Assembly: GCA_035655435.1 (NCBI GenBank)
Contig: DASRUN010000023.1
Span: 29,437-93,436 of the forward strand
Direction of reading: 5' to 3'
DNA from: an archaeon
GTDB lineage: Archaea; Iainarchaeota; Iainarchaeia; Iainarchaeales; Iainarchaeaceae
DNA: 64,000 nucleotides
Shown piece after piece: positions 39,459 through 47,321 of the stretch. Position 1 is the first letter of the stretch; the number at the start of each line of letters is the position of its first letter. The position numbers were made by a program, and so were the translations under genes. The notes under the pieces were generated by a model. It worked only from the letters and a program-made list of their open reading frames with translations, was not told where the DNA came from and searched no databases.

Positions 39459-39890
39459 TCAATTTTCCCTGATTTTTTCAAAGTGTTTTGCTAGTTCTTC
39501 CGCCTGTTCTTTAAGTTCTTTTTTGCTGGTTTTTTTTATTCTATCAATTTGTTTGGCTAAAGTCACTTGTGGGATGTAGTGCCCTTCGAGCTTTTCGGCT
39601 TCTGCAAGTATTTTTAAATTAGATTCCATAATTTTTCTTCTAACCTGAACCATTAGTAGCCGAAGCTCCATTCTTTTCGAATATTTTGTTGCGGATCCAA
39701 GTTTTGCTTTCAGTGAAGCCAGGGCAATTTTTAGTTCTCGTATTCTTCCGGATTCTGTTCCATATACTCGTACAAGATTTTCAGCCTTGCGATGCGGGAG
39801 TGCGGTGTGTTTTTCTTCGAAACCACCTTTTCCTTTTTGATGCATTATAAAATTATTTTTCCTATGTTTAACTATTTTGCTATAAAGCAT
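39459..39890 (-). CDS. hypothetical basic helical protein
   Basis: ORF only. Confidence 0.35.
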   Translation of the reverse strand: MLYSKIVKHRKNNFIMHQKGKGGFEEKHTALPHRKAENLVRVYGTESGRIRELKIALASLKAKLGSATKYSKRMELRLLMVQVRRKIMESNLKILAEAEKLEGHYIPQVTLAKQIDRIKKTSKKELKEQAEELAKHFEKIREN

Positions 39891-39985
39891 TTCTTTTGGA
39901 ATTAGTTTTTAAGACAGATTTTCATTGCCTTTGGATTTTCAATGTAATCTGAGCGATGGTTTTCCAAAACTTATAAATACTCGGA

Positions 39986-40378
39986 ATGCGTTTTATTGTT
40001 ATGGCTAGGAAAGCGGCTTTGAGAGGAAAATGGAAACCCGGTTCTCCTGAGAGAAGGCAAGACAGGGAAACCCAAGTTTCTTTTAGGCGTAATCCAGTTA
40101 TTGGATGGGAATATCATAGTTCAATAGCCCCCGCAGCTCAACGATCAGGCAAAGCAGGTATGATTCTCGGAACTAATCCGAAAGACTATAAACGCGGTTT
40201 TTTAGCACCTCAAGGCCGAGGTCCCAATGATCAGAAATCTCCAATGCTTAAATTGTTAACAGGGAAAACCCGGGTTCCTGTTATAGGTCAAGCTTTTGGT
40301 GTACCTGTTTTCAAGGGCAGGCGTGCTGAAGAAAGAATCGGCAAACCTAAAGCACCAACAAAGAAAAAAAAGAAGTAA
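39986..40378 (+). CDS. hypothetical Gly/Arg-rich basic protein with poly-Lys tail (Gar1-like or ribosomal-like?)
   Basis: Clean ORF, AT-rich third positions, KKKKK tail; GC-rich first/second positions. Confidence 0.4.
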   Translation: MRFIVMARKAALRGKWKPGSPERRQDRETQVSFRRNPVIGWEYHSSIAPAAQRSGKAGMILGTNPKDYKRGFLAPQGRGPNDQKSPMLKLLTGKTRVPVIGQAFGVPVFKGRRAEERIGKPKAPTKKKKK

Positions 40379-40443
40379 TTCCTTACTTAATTTTGCATAA
40401 AATCTATTTTGTAGTTTATTTTAAAAAATTTGAATTAATTTTT

Positions 40444-40848
40444 TTAGTTCGACCCTTTCTTTCTAACGACTTTCAAATTGTCGCCCCAGCGGATGTATTC
40501 TACTTCATCCCCCCCTGTTAGGCCGGCAATGTCTTTTGGTTTTTCAGCATCCCATGTTTGATAAGTTTCAAGATCCATTATTTGTATCTGCGCGCCCATG
40601 ATGGCTACGACTTGTGCGTTTCCTTTGAGAACAATCGGAACATCAACGCTTGCATCTGTTGGCTTCATGAGGTTTTTTTTCGTTTCTTTGAAAAGCCCCA
40701 TTGCCGTAACTCTAACTTTGGCCGCTCCGTGTTTTCCCGGTTTTGATTTTTCAACGCTTTTCACGTGGCATGCTTCATCTTCTATGATTACATAGGATCC
40801 GACTTTGAGCTGTCCTGCATCCGTGAATTTTTTGTCTCCGCCTGCCAT
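40444..40848 (-). CDS. eif5a: translation initiation factor 5A (aIF-5A)
   Basis: Hypusine loop SKPGKHGAAK, OB-fold C-domain. Confidence 0.9.
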   Translation of the reverse strand: MAGGDKKFTDAGQLKVGSYVIIEDEACHVKSVEKSKPGKHGAAKVRVTAMGLFKETKKNLMKPTDASVDVPIVLKGNAQVVAIMGAQIQIMDLETYQTWDAEKPKDIAGLTGGDEVEYIRWGDNLKVVRKKGSN

Positions 40849-40931
40849 TTTATCACTTAAAGACTAAAATTTGGTTCAATTTAAATATCTTACTAAAGTT
40901 TTTGCCACAATAATGTATTTATAGAAAGAAT

Positions 40932-41432
40932 ATGCAATTAGTACTGAATTTCATTATTCGGGGCTTTTGGATGTACAGGACTTTTGCAGTAGTTTTTTTG
41001 CTTTTTTTGTCAATCCCATTTTTGTATGCGCCCGACACAGCAAGCGTAAAAATTGTTTTTACACAAGATTCTTTTGTAAAACCAAGTCCAATACCTTTTT
41101 CAGTGGAAACAACAGGTTCAGGGACTCTAGTAGTTGAGGGTTTTAATGTAATTAATGGGGCGGTAGTTTTGCCAACAACTACTACTGACTTTCGGGGTCC
41201 GAATAATACTTTTAATTTTCCGGTTCCAACAACTTCCCTAAACGAAGGTTCTTACAAATTCAGAGCGATTATTACCGAAACAAATCCGCCGAATTCAGAT
41301 TCCATCCAAGGAAACAATTTTGATGAGCAAACAGTCGTTCTTGTTTCCACAACAGTTTCAGTTCCGGAGTTTCCTCCTATACTGCTTATTTTGATTGTTT
41401 TTGGGGTTTTGTTTTTAATAAAAAGAAACTGA
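40932..41432 (+). CDS. secreted protein with PEF-CTERM-type archaeal sorting signal
   Basis: N-terminal signal/TM, C-terminus VSVPEFPPILLILIVFGVLFLIKRN (PEF + TM + basic). Confidence 0.5.
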   Translation: MQLVLNFIIRGFWMYRTFAVVFLLFLSIPFLYAPDTASVKIVFTQDSFVKPSPIPFSVETTGSGTLVVEGFNVINGAVVLPTTTTDFRGPNNTFNFPVPTTSLNEGSYKFRAIITETNPPNSDSIQGNNFDEQTVVLVSTTVSVPEFPPILLILIVFGVLFLIKRN

Positions 41433-41488
41433 TTTTTTGGATAAAATCAGTTTAATATAGTTATTTGCTTTAATTCTAAAGTGGTTCC

Positions 41489-41983
41489 ATGAATCTTCCG
41501 GTTGGAGAGGTTATTAGTCAGGGGGTTAATTTTAGGGAAATTGATTCCCAAAGGTTGGTGGAGAGTTTTTTTGACAAAAAATTTTCCGGTTATATTGTAA
41601 TGACTCTCCAGGGTTTTAACGGTTTGGAAGAGGGCATTTTGTTGTTCAAAGAAGGTTTTTTGGTTGGTTCCATTTATGAGTATGATTTGCAGGGTTTAAC
41701 CGTTTTCGGGGATTCTTCTATTGAACATGTTTTTAATGCTTTTGCGGCTGAATACGTTTCAGCTGATATTGTTTCTTTGAGCAATCAGCAGGTTGACCTT
41801 GTAACCGCATTTAACGACAAGGCAAAATTGCATAAAGTGATTTCAAAGAAGGATATAGGAAGATCGATCCCAAAAGTTTTTTCCCCGCAGCAAGCGGAAT
41901 TAGTTTTGAAGGATTTTCTCGGAAAAAAGGATTCGAAAAAGGATATTTTCAAAAAACTCGGTTTAAGCAGTTTAGGTGATTAA
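41489..41983 (+). CDS. hypothetical protein, possibly roadblock/LC7-like
   Basis: ORF overlapping next gene by 8 nt; alpha/beta pattern weakly roadblock-like. Confidence 0.35.
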   Translation: MNLPVGEVISQGVNFREIDSQRLVESFFDKKFSGYIVMTLQGFNGLEEGILLFKEGFLVGSIYEYDLQGLTVFGDSSIEHVFNAFAAEYVSADIVSLSNQQVDLVTAFNDKAKLHKVISKKDIGRSIPKVFSPQQAELVLKDFLGKKDSKKDIFKKLGLSSLGD

Positions 41984-42467
41984 ATTGTTGAATGATGTAA
42001 AAAATTTTTTTAGGGCTGTTGCCGCCAAAGTCCTTGATTTGGATGATACGGTTAAACCGGAACAGCATTTGAAATTGTTCGAGGATTATTTGGACAAATT
42101 TGAGTTTGACACGAACACAAAAGATGTTAGAAAATTTTTGAGTGTTCTCACGAAAAAGCATTTGGTGGATGATATTGTTATTTCCACTATGACCGGAAGC
42201 TCCATTGCTTCTGTAAATGGCAATGCGGTTTCAACCGCGATTTCGGGAGCTGCGTTGTTCAATTATGTTCAAAGCGAGCACCCAAAAAGCGAGTCTGTTT
42301 TGATTAAAAACGGGAGAGGTTGGAGCATTCTTTTTCCGCAGAATGACAAGCTTTTCATTGTCAAGGCGTCTTCCGAGCTTTCCATGATTGAATTAAGGGC
42401 GCTTACAAAGGAGATTAACGGTTTTTTGACTAAATCGGTTCCGGGTTCTATGGGTGTTAAAGGGTAA
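41976..42467 (+). CDS. roadblock/LC7 (MglB-like) domain protein (tentative)
   Basis: HLVDDIVISTMTGSSIASVNGN...AISGAALFN...GWSILFP resembles Robl fold consensus. Confidence 0.45.
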   Translation: MIKLLNDVKNFFRAVAAKVLDLDDTVKPEQHLKLFEDYLDKFEFDTNTKDVRKFLSVLTKKHLVDDIVISTMTGSSIASVNGNAVSTAISGAALFNYVQSEHPKSESVLIKNGRGWSILFPQNDKLFIVKASSELSMIELRALTKEINGFLTKSVPGSMGVKG

Positions 42468-42499
42468 ATTTTTATTCCTAAAGCAGCTTTCTATTTTAA

Positions 42500-43369
42500 T
42501 TGAAAATTGGTTTTTTTGAAAGGTTTTTTTTTATGGGGCGCGTAATTGCAATTCTTTCGGGAAAAGGCGGTGTGGGCAAAACTACTATAACCGCTGAACT
42601 CGGAATTGCGCTTGCGAAGCGCGATTTGAATGTTTGTTTGATTGATGCGGACATTGCAATGGCAAATCTTTCGCTTCTTTTGAACATGCAGAATTCTCCG
42701 ATTACTTTGCATGATGTTCTTTTGGGAGAAGCAAATATTCAGGATGCGATTTATGACGGGCCCGCAGGAGTAAAATTTATTCCATCCGGTTTAAGCCTTG
42801 AGAATTATAGAAGGGTTGATTCGGAAAGATTGCAATCTGTTATAGATTCGATCAGGAATCAGTTTGATTTTATTTTGCTTGATTGTGCCGCGGGAATTGA
42901 GAAGAATGTTCTTGCCGCGATTGCAGCTTCAGATGAGGTTATTCTTGTTACAATGCCAACCTCTCCAAGTATTGCGGATGTTTTGAAAGCAAAAATTACG
43001 GCGCAAAGATTGGGCAGCAAAACAATCGGCGTTATAATGAATTTTGTTAGAAAAGAAAACGGTGAAATAAAGAAGGATGATGTGATGAAGATGTTGGAGC
43101 TTCCTGTTTTTGCTACTGTTCCTTTTGATGATGAGATTAGGAAAAGTTTTATGCAGGAAAAAGTTATGCCTGTTATGATTAGAAAACCGGGAACTCCTGC
43201 GGCAATTGAAATTCAAAGGGCTGCAGCAAAACTTGCGGGACTTTCGATTCAGATTGATGAGGGCGAAAAAAAGGGTTTTTTCGCAAAGTTGTTTTCTCCG
43301 TTTACAAACTTGTTCAAAAAGAAGCCTAAAAAAATCGATGAGTCGAAAGGTTCTATGGGGGGAAAATAA
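42500..43369 (+). CDS. minD: MinD/ParA-family P-loop ATPase (archaeal MinD-like)
   Basis: AILSGKGGVGKTT deviant Walker A, DCAAG Walker B region. Confidence 0.8.
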   Translation: MKIGFFERFFFMGRVIAILSGKGGVGKTTITAELGIALAKRDLNVCLIDADIAMANLSLLLNMQNSPITLHDVLLGEANIQDAIYDGPAGVKFIPSGLSLENYRRVDSERLQSVIDSIRNQFDFILLDCAAGIEKNVLAAIAASDEVILVTMPTSPSIADVLKAKITAQRLGSKTIGVIMNFVRKENGEIKKDDVMKMLELPVFATVPFDDEIRKSFMQEKVMPVMIRKPGTPAAIEIQRAAAKLAGLSIQIDEGEKKGFFAKLFSPFTNLFKKKPKKIDESKGSMGGK

Positions 43370-43599
43370 TGAATACTCCTAATGCGAGCAGGCCTTTTGA
43401 TCTTTTGAGCAATGCAATCGGAAAACCGGTTCTTGTTGAGCTTAAAGGAAATGTTTCTTTCAGGGGAAATTTGAAGGCGTTTGATGTTCACATGAACCTT
43501 GTTCTTGAGGATGCGGAAAAGCTTGAGGATGGTCACACTAAAAACAAATACGGAAAACTCCTTTTGCGCGGCGATAATGTGCTTTTTATAAGCCCGTGA
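43369..43599 (+). CDS. Sm-like archaeal protein (SmAP/LSm)
   Basis: Sm1 KPVLVELKGNVSFRGNLKAFDVHMNLVLEDAE and Sm2 LLLRGDNVLFI. Confidence 0.9.
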   Translation: MNTPNASRPFDLLSNAIGKPVLVELKGNVSFRGNLKAFDVHMNLVLEDAEKLEDGHTKNKYGKLLLRGDNVLFISP

Positions 43600-43650
43600 A
43601 AACAAAACAATTTTATTGTAAATGCCGCTTATATTATTTGGTGTTTTGAT

Positions 43651-43830
43651 TTGAAAAAGACTTTTGAGGTTGTTGTTGAAAAGGATGAGGATGGCGTTTA
43701 TGTTGCCTCTGTTCCGGAACTTCCGGGTTGCCATACTCAGGCTGACTCTCTGAAAGAACTTACTGCTAATATTAAAGAAGCCATTTTGGCGTATCTTGAA
43801 TCTTTTGAAAGCGAACTACGGGTATTTTAA
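43651..43830 (+). CDS. HicB-like (UPF0150) antitoxin-fold small protein, TTG start
   Basis: FEVVVEKDEDGVYVASVPELPGCHTQADSLKELTANIKEAILAYLE matches HicB N-domain pattern. Confidence 0.45.
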   Translation: MKKTFEVVVEKDEDGVYVASVPELPGCHTQADSLKELTANIKEAILAYLESFESELRVF

Positions 43831-44781
43831 TTCAATTATTTTATAATTTCTTTTTCTTAATTCTTCAAAAAGTTGTTCTTTATTTTGAAATGCTATTGAA
43901 ATCCTTTCCGGAGCATTTTTTTCAGTGTGGATAAAATGAGCTATTGTCGTCTGCATCAAGAAAGGGTATGTTTTTACTTGAACTTCTAAAATTTTTTCTT
44001 TTTTGACAAAAAATTTTAACCCCATAATTGTTTCAACCCCTATTCCATCCTCAAAAAATTTAAATCTAAATAACCCCGTGATAGGGTAAATTATCAACGG
44101 CAATTTTTCTATTTGTATATTTTTATCAACTTGCTTTATCGATCCTAATTCTCCGTTTTCCAAAAATCTTGTATCGAGCAGTATAGCTCCTAGGACCGAG
44201 CCTTCAGTAAAGTTGTCTGACGGGTTTTCTACTCTTTCGGGAAAATAAGTATCAAAGATTTTTTTTGGATTGCCTAGATTTTGGCTGAATTGGTTTACTC
44301 CGATTGAAAATGCTGAAAGCAGAGTCGGGACGTTCAAAACTTTTGTTGGTGGAAGTCTTTGCAATAAATTCCCATGATTTATTATTCTAAACATTTTTAG
44401 TAATCGATTCTCTCTAAAATAAACTTCACTTATTACTTTTCCGGTTATCTCTTTAAAGTTTATTGCCCCGACTAAATCAGATCTTTTGATGGTTTTAGCT
44501 GGGCGGAGAAAAAAACCTTTTATTTTAATTTCACTCTCTGTAATCTCAGTAAAACCCAAAATAAAGCCTCCGGATTCGCTATTTCTCCCCCAAGAAACGT
44601 CATCAATTAGTCTATCTACAATTGTTGAATTATAATTTATTAAACCATAAAAAACAATAAATATCAAAACTAAAAAAAAGAAAATAACCAAAATTATTGG
44701 CAAGAATGCAATGATAAAAAAGCCAAGAGAAAGTATTATCGTGAGAATATTCGCAAAAACATTGGTTTCAAGGAGAATCAT
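43816..44781 (-). CDS. hypothetical membrane protein
   Basis: Two N-terminal TM helices. Confidence 0.4.
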   Translation of the reverse strand: MILLETNVFANILTIILSLGFFIIAFLPIILVIFFFLVLIFIVFYGLINYNSTIVDRLIDDVSWGRNSESGGFILGFTEITESEIKIKGFFLRPAKTIKRSDLVGAINFKEITGKVISEVYFRENRLLKMFRIINHGNLLQRLPPTKVLNVPTLLSAFSIGVNQFSQNLGNPKKIFDTYFPERVENPSDNFTEGSVLGAILLDTRFLENGELGSIKQVDKNIQIEKLPLIIYPITGLFRFKFFEDGIGVETIMGLKFFVKKEKILEVQVKTYPFLMQTTIAHFIHTEKNAPERISIAFQNKEQLFEELRKRNYKIIELKYP

Positions 44782-44894
44782 CTGCTAATTAAACTATTTA
44801 ATAAAATATAAAGTTGTCTGTCTATGGTGAAAGCGCCAGAGCATTTTCTTCATGAAATTGAAAGGGTTTCCGACAAGCGGGAGAAATTTTGAAT

Positions 44895-44976
44895 TTGGAC
44901 TTGGGGGAATCGAACCCGCATTTAAAGCAACTTGATAGAGGAATTTAAACTTCCCTTGGCTCTCCACTCGTGGAAT
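44895..44976 (-). other. tRNA 3'-half-like element (T-arm GCGGG-TTCGATT-CCCCC + acceptor 3' strand AAGTCCA-A) without detectable 5' acceptor strand
   Basis: Seen in sequence; no TGGACTT partner within about 200 nt. Confidence 0.3.
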
Positions 44977-45093
44977 TGGACCCTGCGGGACTCGAACCCA
45001 CGGCCTCCCGATTGCCAACCGAGCGCTTATGGCGAAAATGAACGCAAGAAAACAATTGACTCAATCTTCTCTACCAGGCTGAGCTAAGGGCCC
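44977..45093 (-). tRNA. tRNA-Ala(GGC) with 43-nt non-canonical intron in D-arm (between positions 24/25; intron about 45026..45068)
   Basis: Exons GGGCCCT-TA-GCTCAGCCTGGTAGAG|..|CG-CTCGG-TTGGCAA-TCGGG-AGGCC-GTGGG-TTCGAGT-CCCGC-AGGGTCC-A; 74-nt mature, U33, G3:U70. Confidence 0.8.
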
Positions 45094-46587
45094 AGACAAG
45101 TCTGATTCAAATCCCCCTATCGAGTCATAGAAATAATCAACATAACGGTTTAATAACGTTTTTTGGGAGATCATGTAATCCCTTTTTCTTGTTGAATTGA
45201 GCACGATTCCGATTGTCTTTATTTCCGGAGAAATCATTTCTTTGATTATTGCAGAAGAACCGATAACCCCTTTACTGTCGTTCATACTCGCAAAAACGGC
45301 ATAGTCAGTATTGTTGAATAAAAAATAATTATCCGGAACGGTATAAGTCCCGTATTTTGTTTCTAACAGCTTTTTTCCGCATGGATTCAATCCAACCTTT
45401 TCCAGGGAGGTATGCAGGTTTCTTTCAAGCAAATCAAAAGGCTGCTTCAGCTGTATGGTTGCCCCGTTTAACAGTAGCTGTTTTCTTTTTTGCAGATTGT
45501 CTCTAAAATGCTGGCGAATTTCTGAAATATGTTCAACTCCTAAAAGAAAATCTTTTCGCGTATTCTTGAAAAAATTATCATCCATTAAAATGGGAGTCAT
45601 GTTTTTGTTTAGACACCATAACAATAATTCCAGCGGGAATCTCTCTATTTTGTAATTCAGATTCTTTTCATACCAAGTCGTGATAAAAAACGGAACCTCG
45701 TACTTTTCTTTCAGTCTTTCCAACTTTTCATTCAAAACCAGTATTTCAAAAAAGAGCGCACTTTTCTTCTTCTTGAAAGACAGCACCTCTTCAACGGCTT
45801 TAATTTCATTTTCTTTTTTATACACAAAATCAAAATTGGATCCTAAAATTGTCTTATGGGGTTCGATCTCAAATCCCAAATTTGAAATTTCCTTTTCAAC
45901 AAGCATTTCTCTTTTCCCAAGTCCTTGAATTGAAGCTGATGTTAATCCCAGCCTTGAAAAATGGTCTTCGCCATATTTTGCCTTTATAGATTTTATTGCC
46001 TTTTGTCTTACTTCCGGATTGGTTCTCAAGAAATTCATAAGTTTTAGCCATCTCTCTTTCTGCAGCTTGCTGTATTCTTTTGGATTCTCCTGCTTCATGC
46101 GCTTATGCCATCCTGCAAATCCAGAGAATTCAGACGAATTCCTTAATTTTTTCAAGTGTTCCAGAAAGCCTTTTTCTCCAAGCCTTTGCTTCGCACTTCT
46201 GATTGAGTTTTTCCCGCCTTTAATGTAACCCCAGGAAGGATCCAGTACTTTTATGTTTTGAACAAATTTTTGTTGCTGAGAATTGCTTAGGTAACTCAAT
46301 AGTTTAGTGAACACATTCCCCTTGAAAGTTCTTTCTCCACGTCGGCATTCTTTTAGCGCCGTATCTCCGCAATCCACATTTTCAACGAGTGATTTCCAGG
46401 ACTTGTATTTTGGAGATTTTTTAACCTCGCTAAAAAATCCCTTTGGGTCTTCAAGAACAATTCTCTTGTTTTCAAATTTCTGGAGATCAAGCATATACGA
46501 AAAACCGTTTTCGCTTTTATATTGCCTTCCCGACCTCGGTGCCGGTGCGGCCATTACTGATCGCCCCCGAAGTGTTTGAGAATCCAT
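45061..46587 (-). CDS. hypothetical 508-aa protein with possible PD-(D/E)xK nuclease-like core; last 11 codons overlap tRNA-Ala 5' exon
   Basis: FDFVYKKENEIKAVEEV (D...E-x-K) in middle domain; no other motif. Confidence 0.45.
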   Translation of the reverse strand: MDSQTLRGRSVMAAPAPRSGRQYKSENGFSYMLDLQKFENKRIVLEDPKGFFSEVKKSPKYKSWKSLVENVDCGDTALKECRRGERTFKGNVFTKLLSYLSNSQQQKFVQNIKVLDPSWGYIKGGKNSIRSAKQRLGEKGFLEHLKKLRNSSEFSGFAGWHKRMKQENPKEYSKLQKERWLKLMNFLRTNPEVRQKAIKSIKAKYGEDHFSRLGLTSASIQGLGKREMLVEKEISNLGFEIEPHKTILGSNFDFVYKKENEIKAVEEVLSFKKKKSALFFEILVLNEKLERLKEKYEVPFFITTWYEKNLNYKIERFPLELLLWCLNKNMTPILMDDNFFKNTRKDFLLGVEHISEIRQHFRDNLQKRKQLLLNGATIQLKQPFDLLERNLHTSLEKVGLNPCGKKLLETKYGTYTVPDNYFLFNNTDYAVFASMNDSKGVIGSSAIIKEMISPEIKTIGIVLNSTRKRDYMISQKTLLNRYVDYFYDSIGGFESDLSGPLAQPGRED

Positions 46588-46900
46588 AATTCTCTGTCTG
46601 TTGGCTCTTCTGTTTGAAGCGCTTGGATTATTTCTTGTTTATTTGGAAATTGAATTTCAACCATCGGATCACCTCCACGAAGGATTGAATTTTTTCGTGG
46701 ACGGTTCGCTGCTTTTGGAGGCATTAAATCCCTTGCCTAACGCAAGGGCGAGGGTTTAAGCCGAGAAAAGCAGAGTCCTAAGAAAAAATTCAGAAATGGA
46801 GGTGACTGGTTGAACAGTGCTTACAAGATATTAATCGCGGGTTCTATCCCAGTGACGGCCAAACGCTAACTTTATTAGGGCGAATTTTCTTACTATTTTA

Positions 46901-47203
46901 ATGGGAAAACCAACTAAACCTGGCGGTAAGCAGGATAAAGATCGTACCAAGCTAATGGATCACTTAAAGCCAGTTCATCATGAAAGTGTTCCCGGTATAA
47001 TGGGTAGTTTTAAAGGTAAAAATGGTATTGTAAAAGTTTTTCGTGAAACCGGTCACGGGGTTTACAAATTCGGATTTCATGTTGTGAAGCCAAGTGGCGG
47101 GTCTGAAGAATTGGTTCGCGCACGTTGGGTTTATACACTTGAACAATTAAGGCAAGTAATGAAAAAAGAAGAGGGCATTGATCTTCCTCTAAATTTTAAA
47201 TAA
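46901..47203 (+). CDS. hypothetical 100-aa protein
   Basis: ORF only. Confidence 0.35.
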   Translation: MGKPTKPGGKQDKDRTKLMDHLKPVHHESVPGIMGSFKGKNGIVKVFRETGHGVYKFGFHVVKPSGGSEELVRARWVYTLEQLRQVMKKEEGIDLPLNFK

Positions 47204-47321
47204 AATCAGCGTTTTGCATCAAACTGTCTGCATAGTGAACTATTTCTCGTTTTTTCGGCTTACCCTTATTTTTAAATAATAGAAATCCCCAATATAGTGC
47301 TGACATTTTGGCGGTTTTTAC

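Noticed and set aside
39986-40378. RNase P RNA or SRP RNA at the GC-rich 40 kb locus
   Set aside because: Conserved blocks (GGAAAGUCC..., AAGGGUGAAA, GGAAGGAAGCAG) are absent or out of order, and the region is an uninterrupted ORF with AT-rich wobble positions.
44895-44976. A complete second tRNA next to tRNA-Ala
   Set aside because: No 5' acceptor strand complementary to AAGTCCA within reach; it is kept only as a 3'-half-like element.
44794-45018. ORF 44794..45018 (minus) and ORFs 15206..15436 / 15550..15828
   Set aside because: They overlap tRNA genes and repeat regions and have no coding signal.
46664-46674. Fragment of a 16S rRNA gene (exact GGATCACCTCC)
   Set aside because: Flanking sequence does not match the conserved 16S 3' domain (no GUAACAAGGUAGCCGUA, no helix 45), so only the 11-mer matches.
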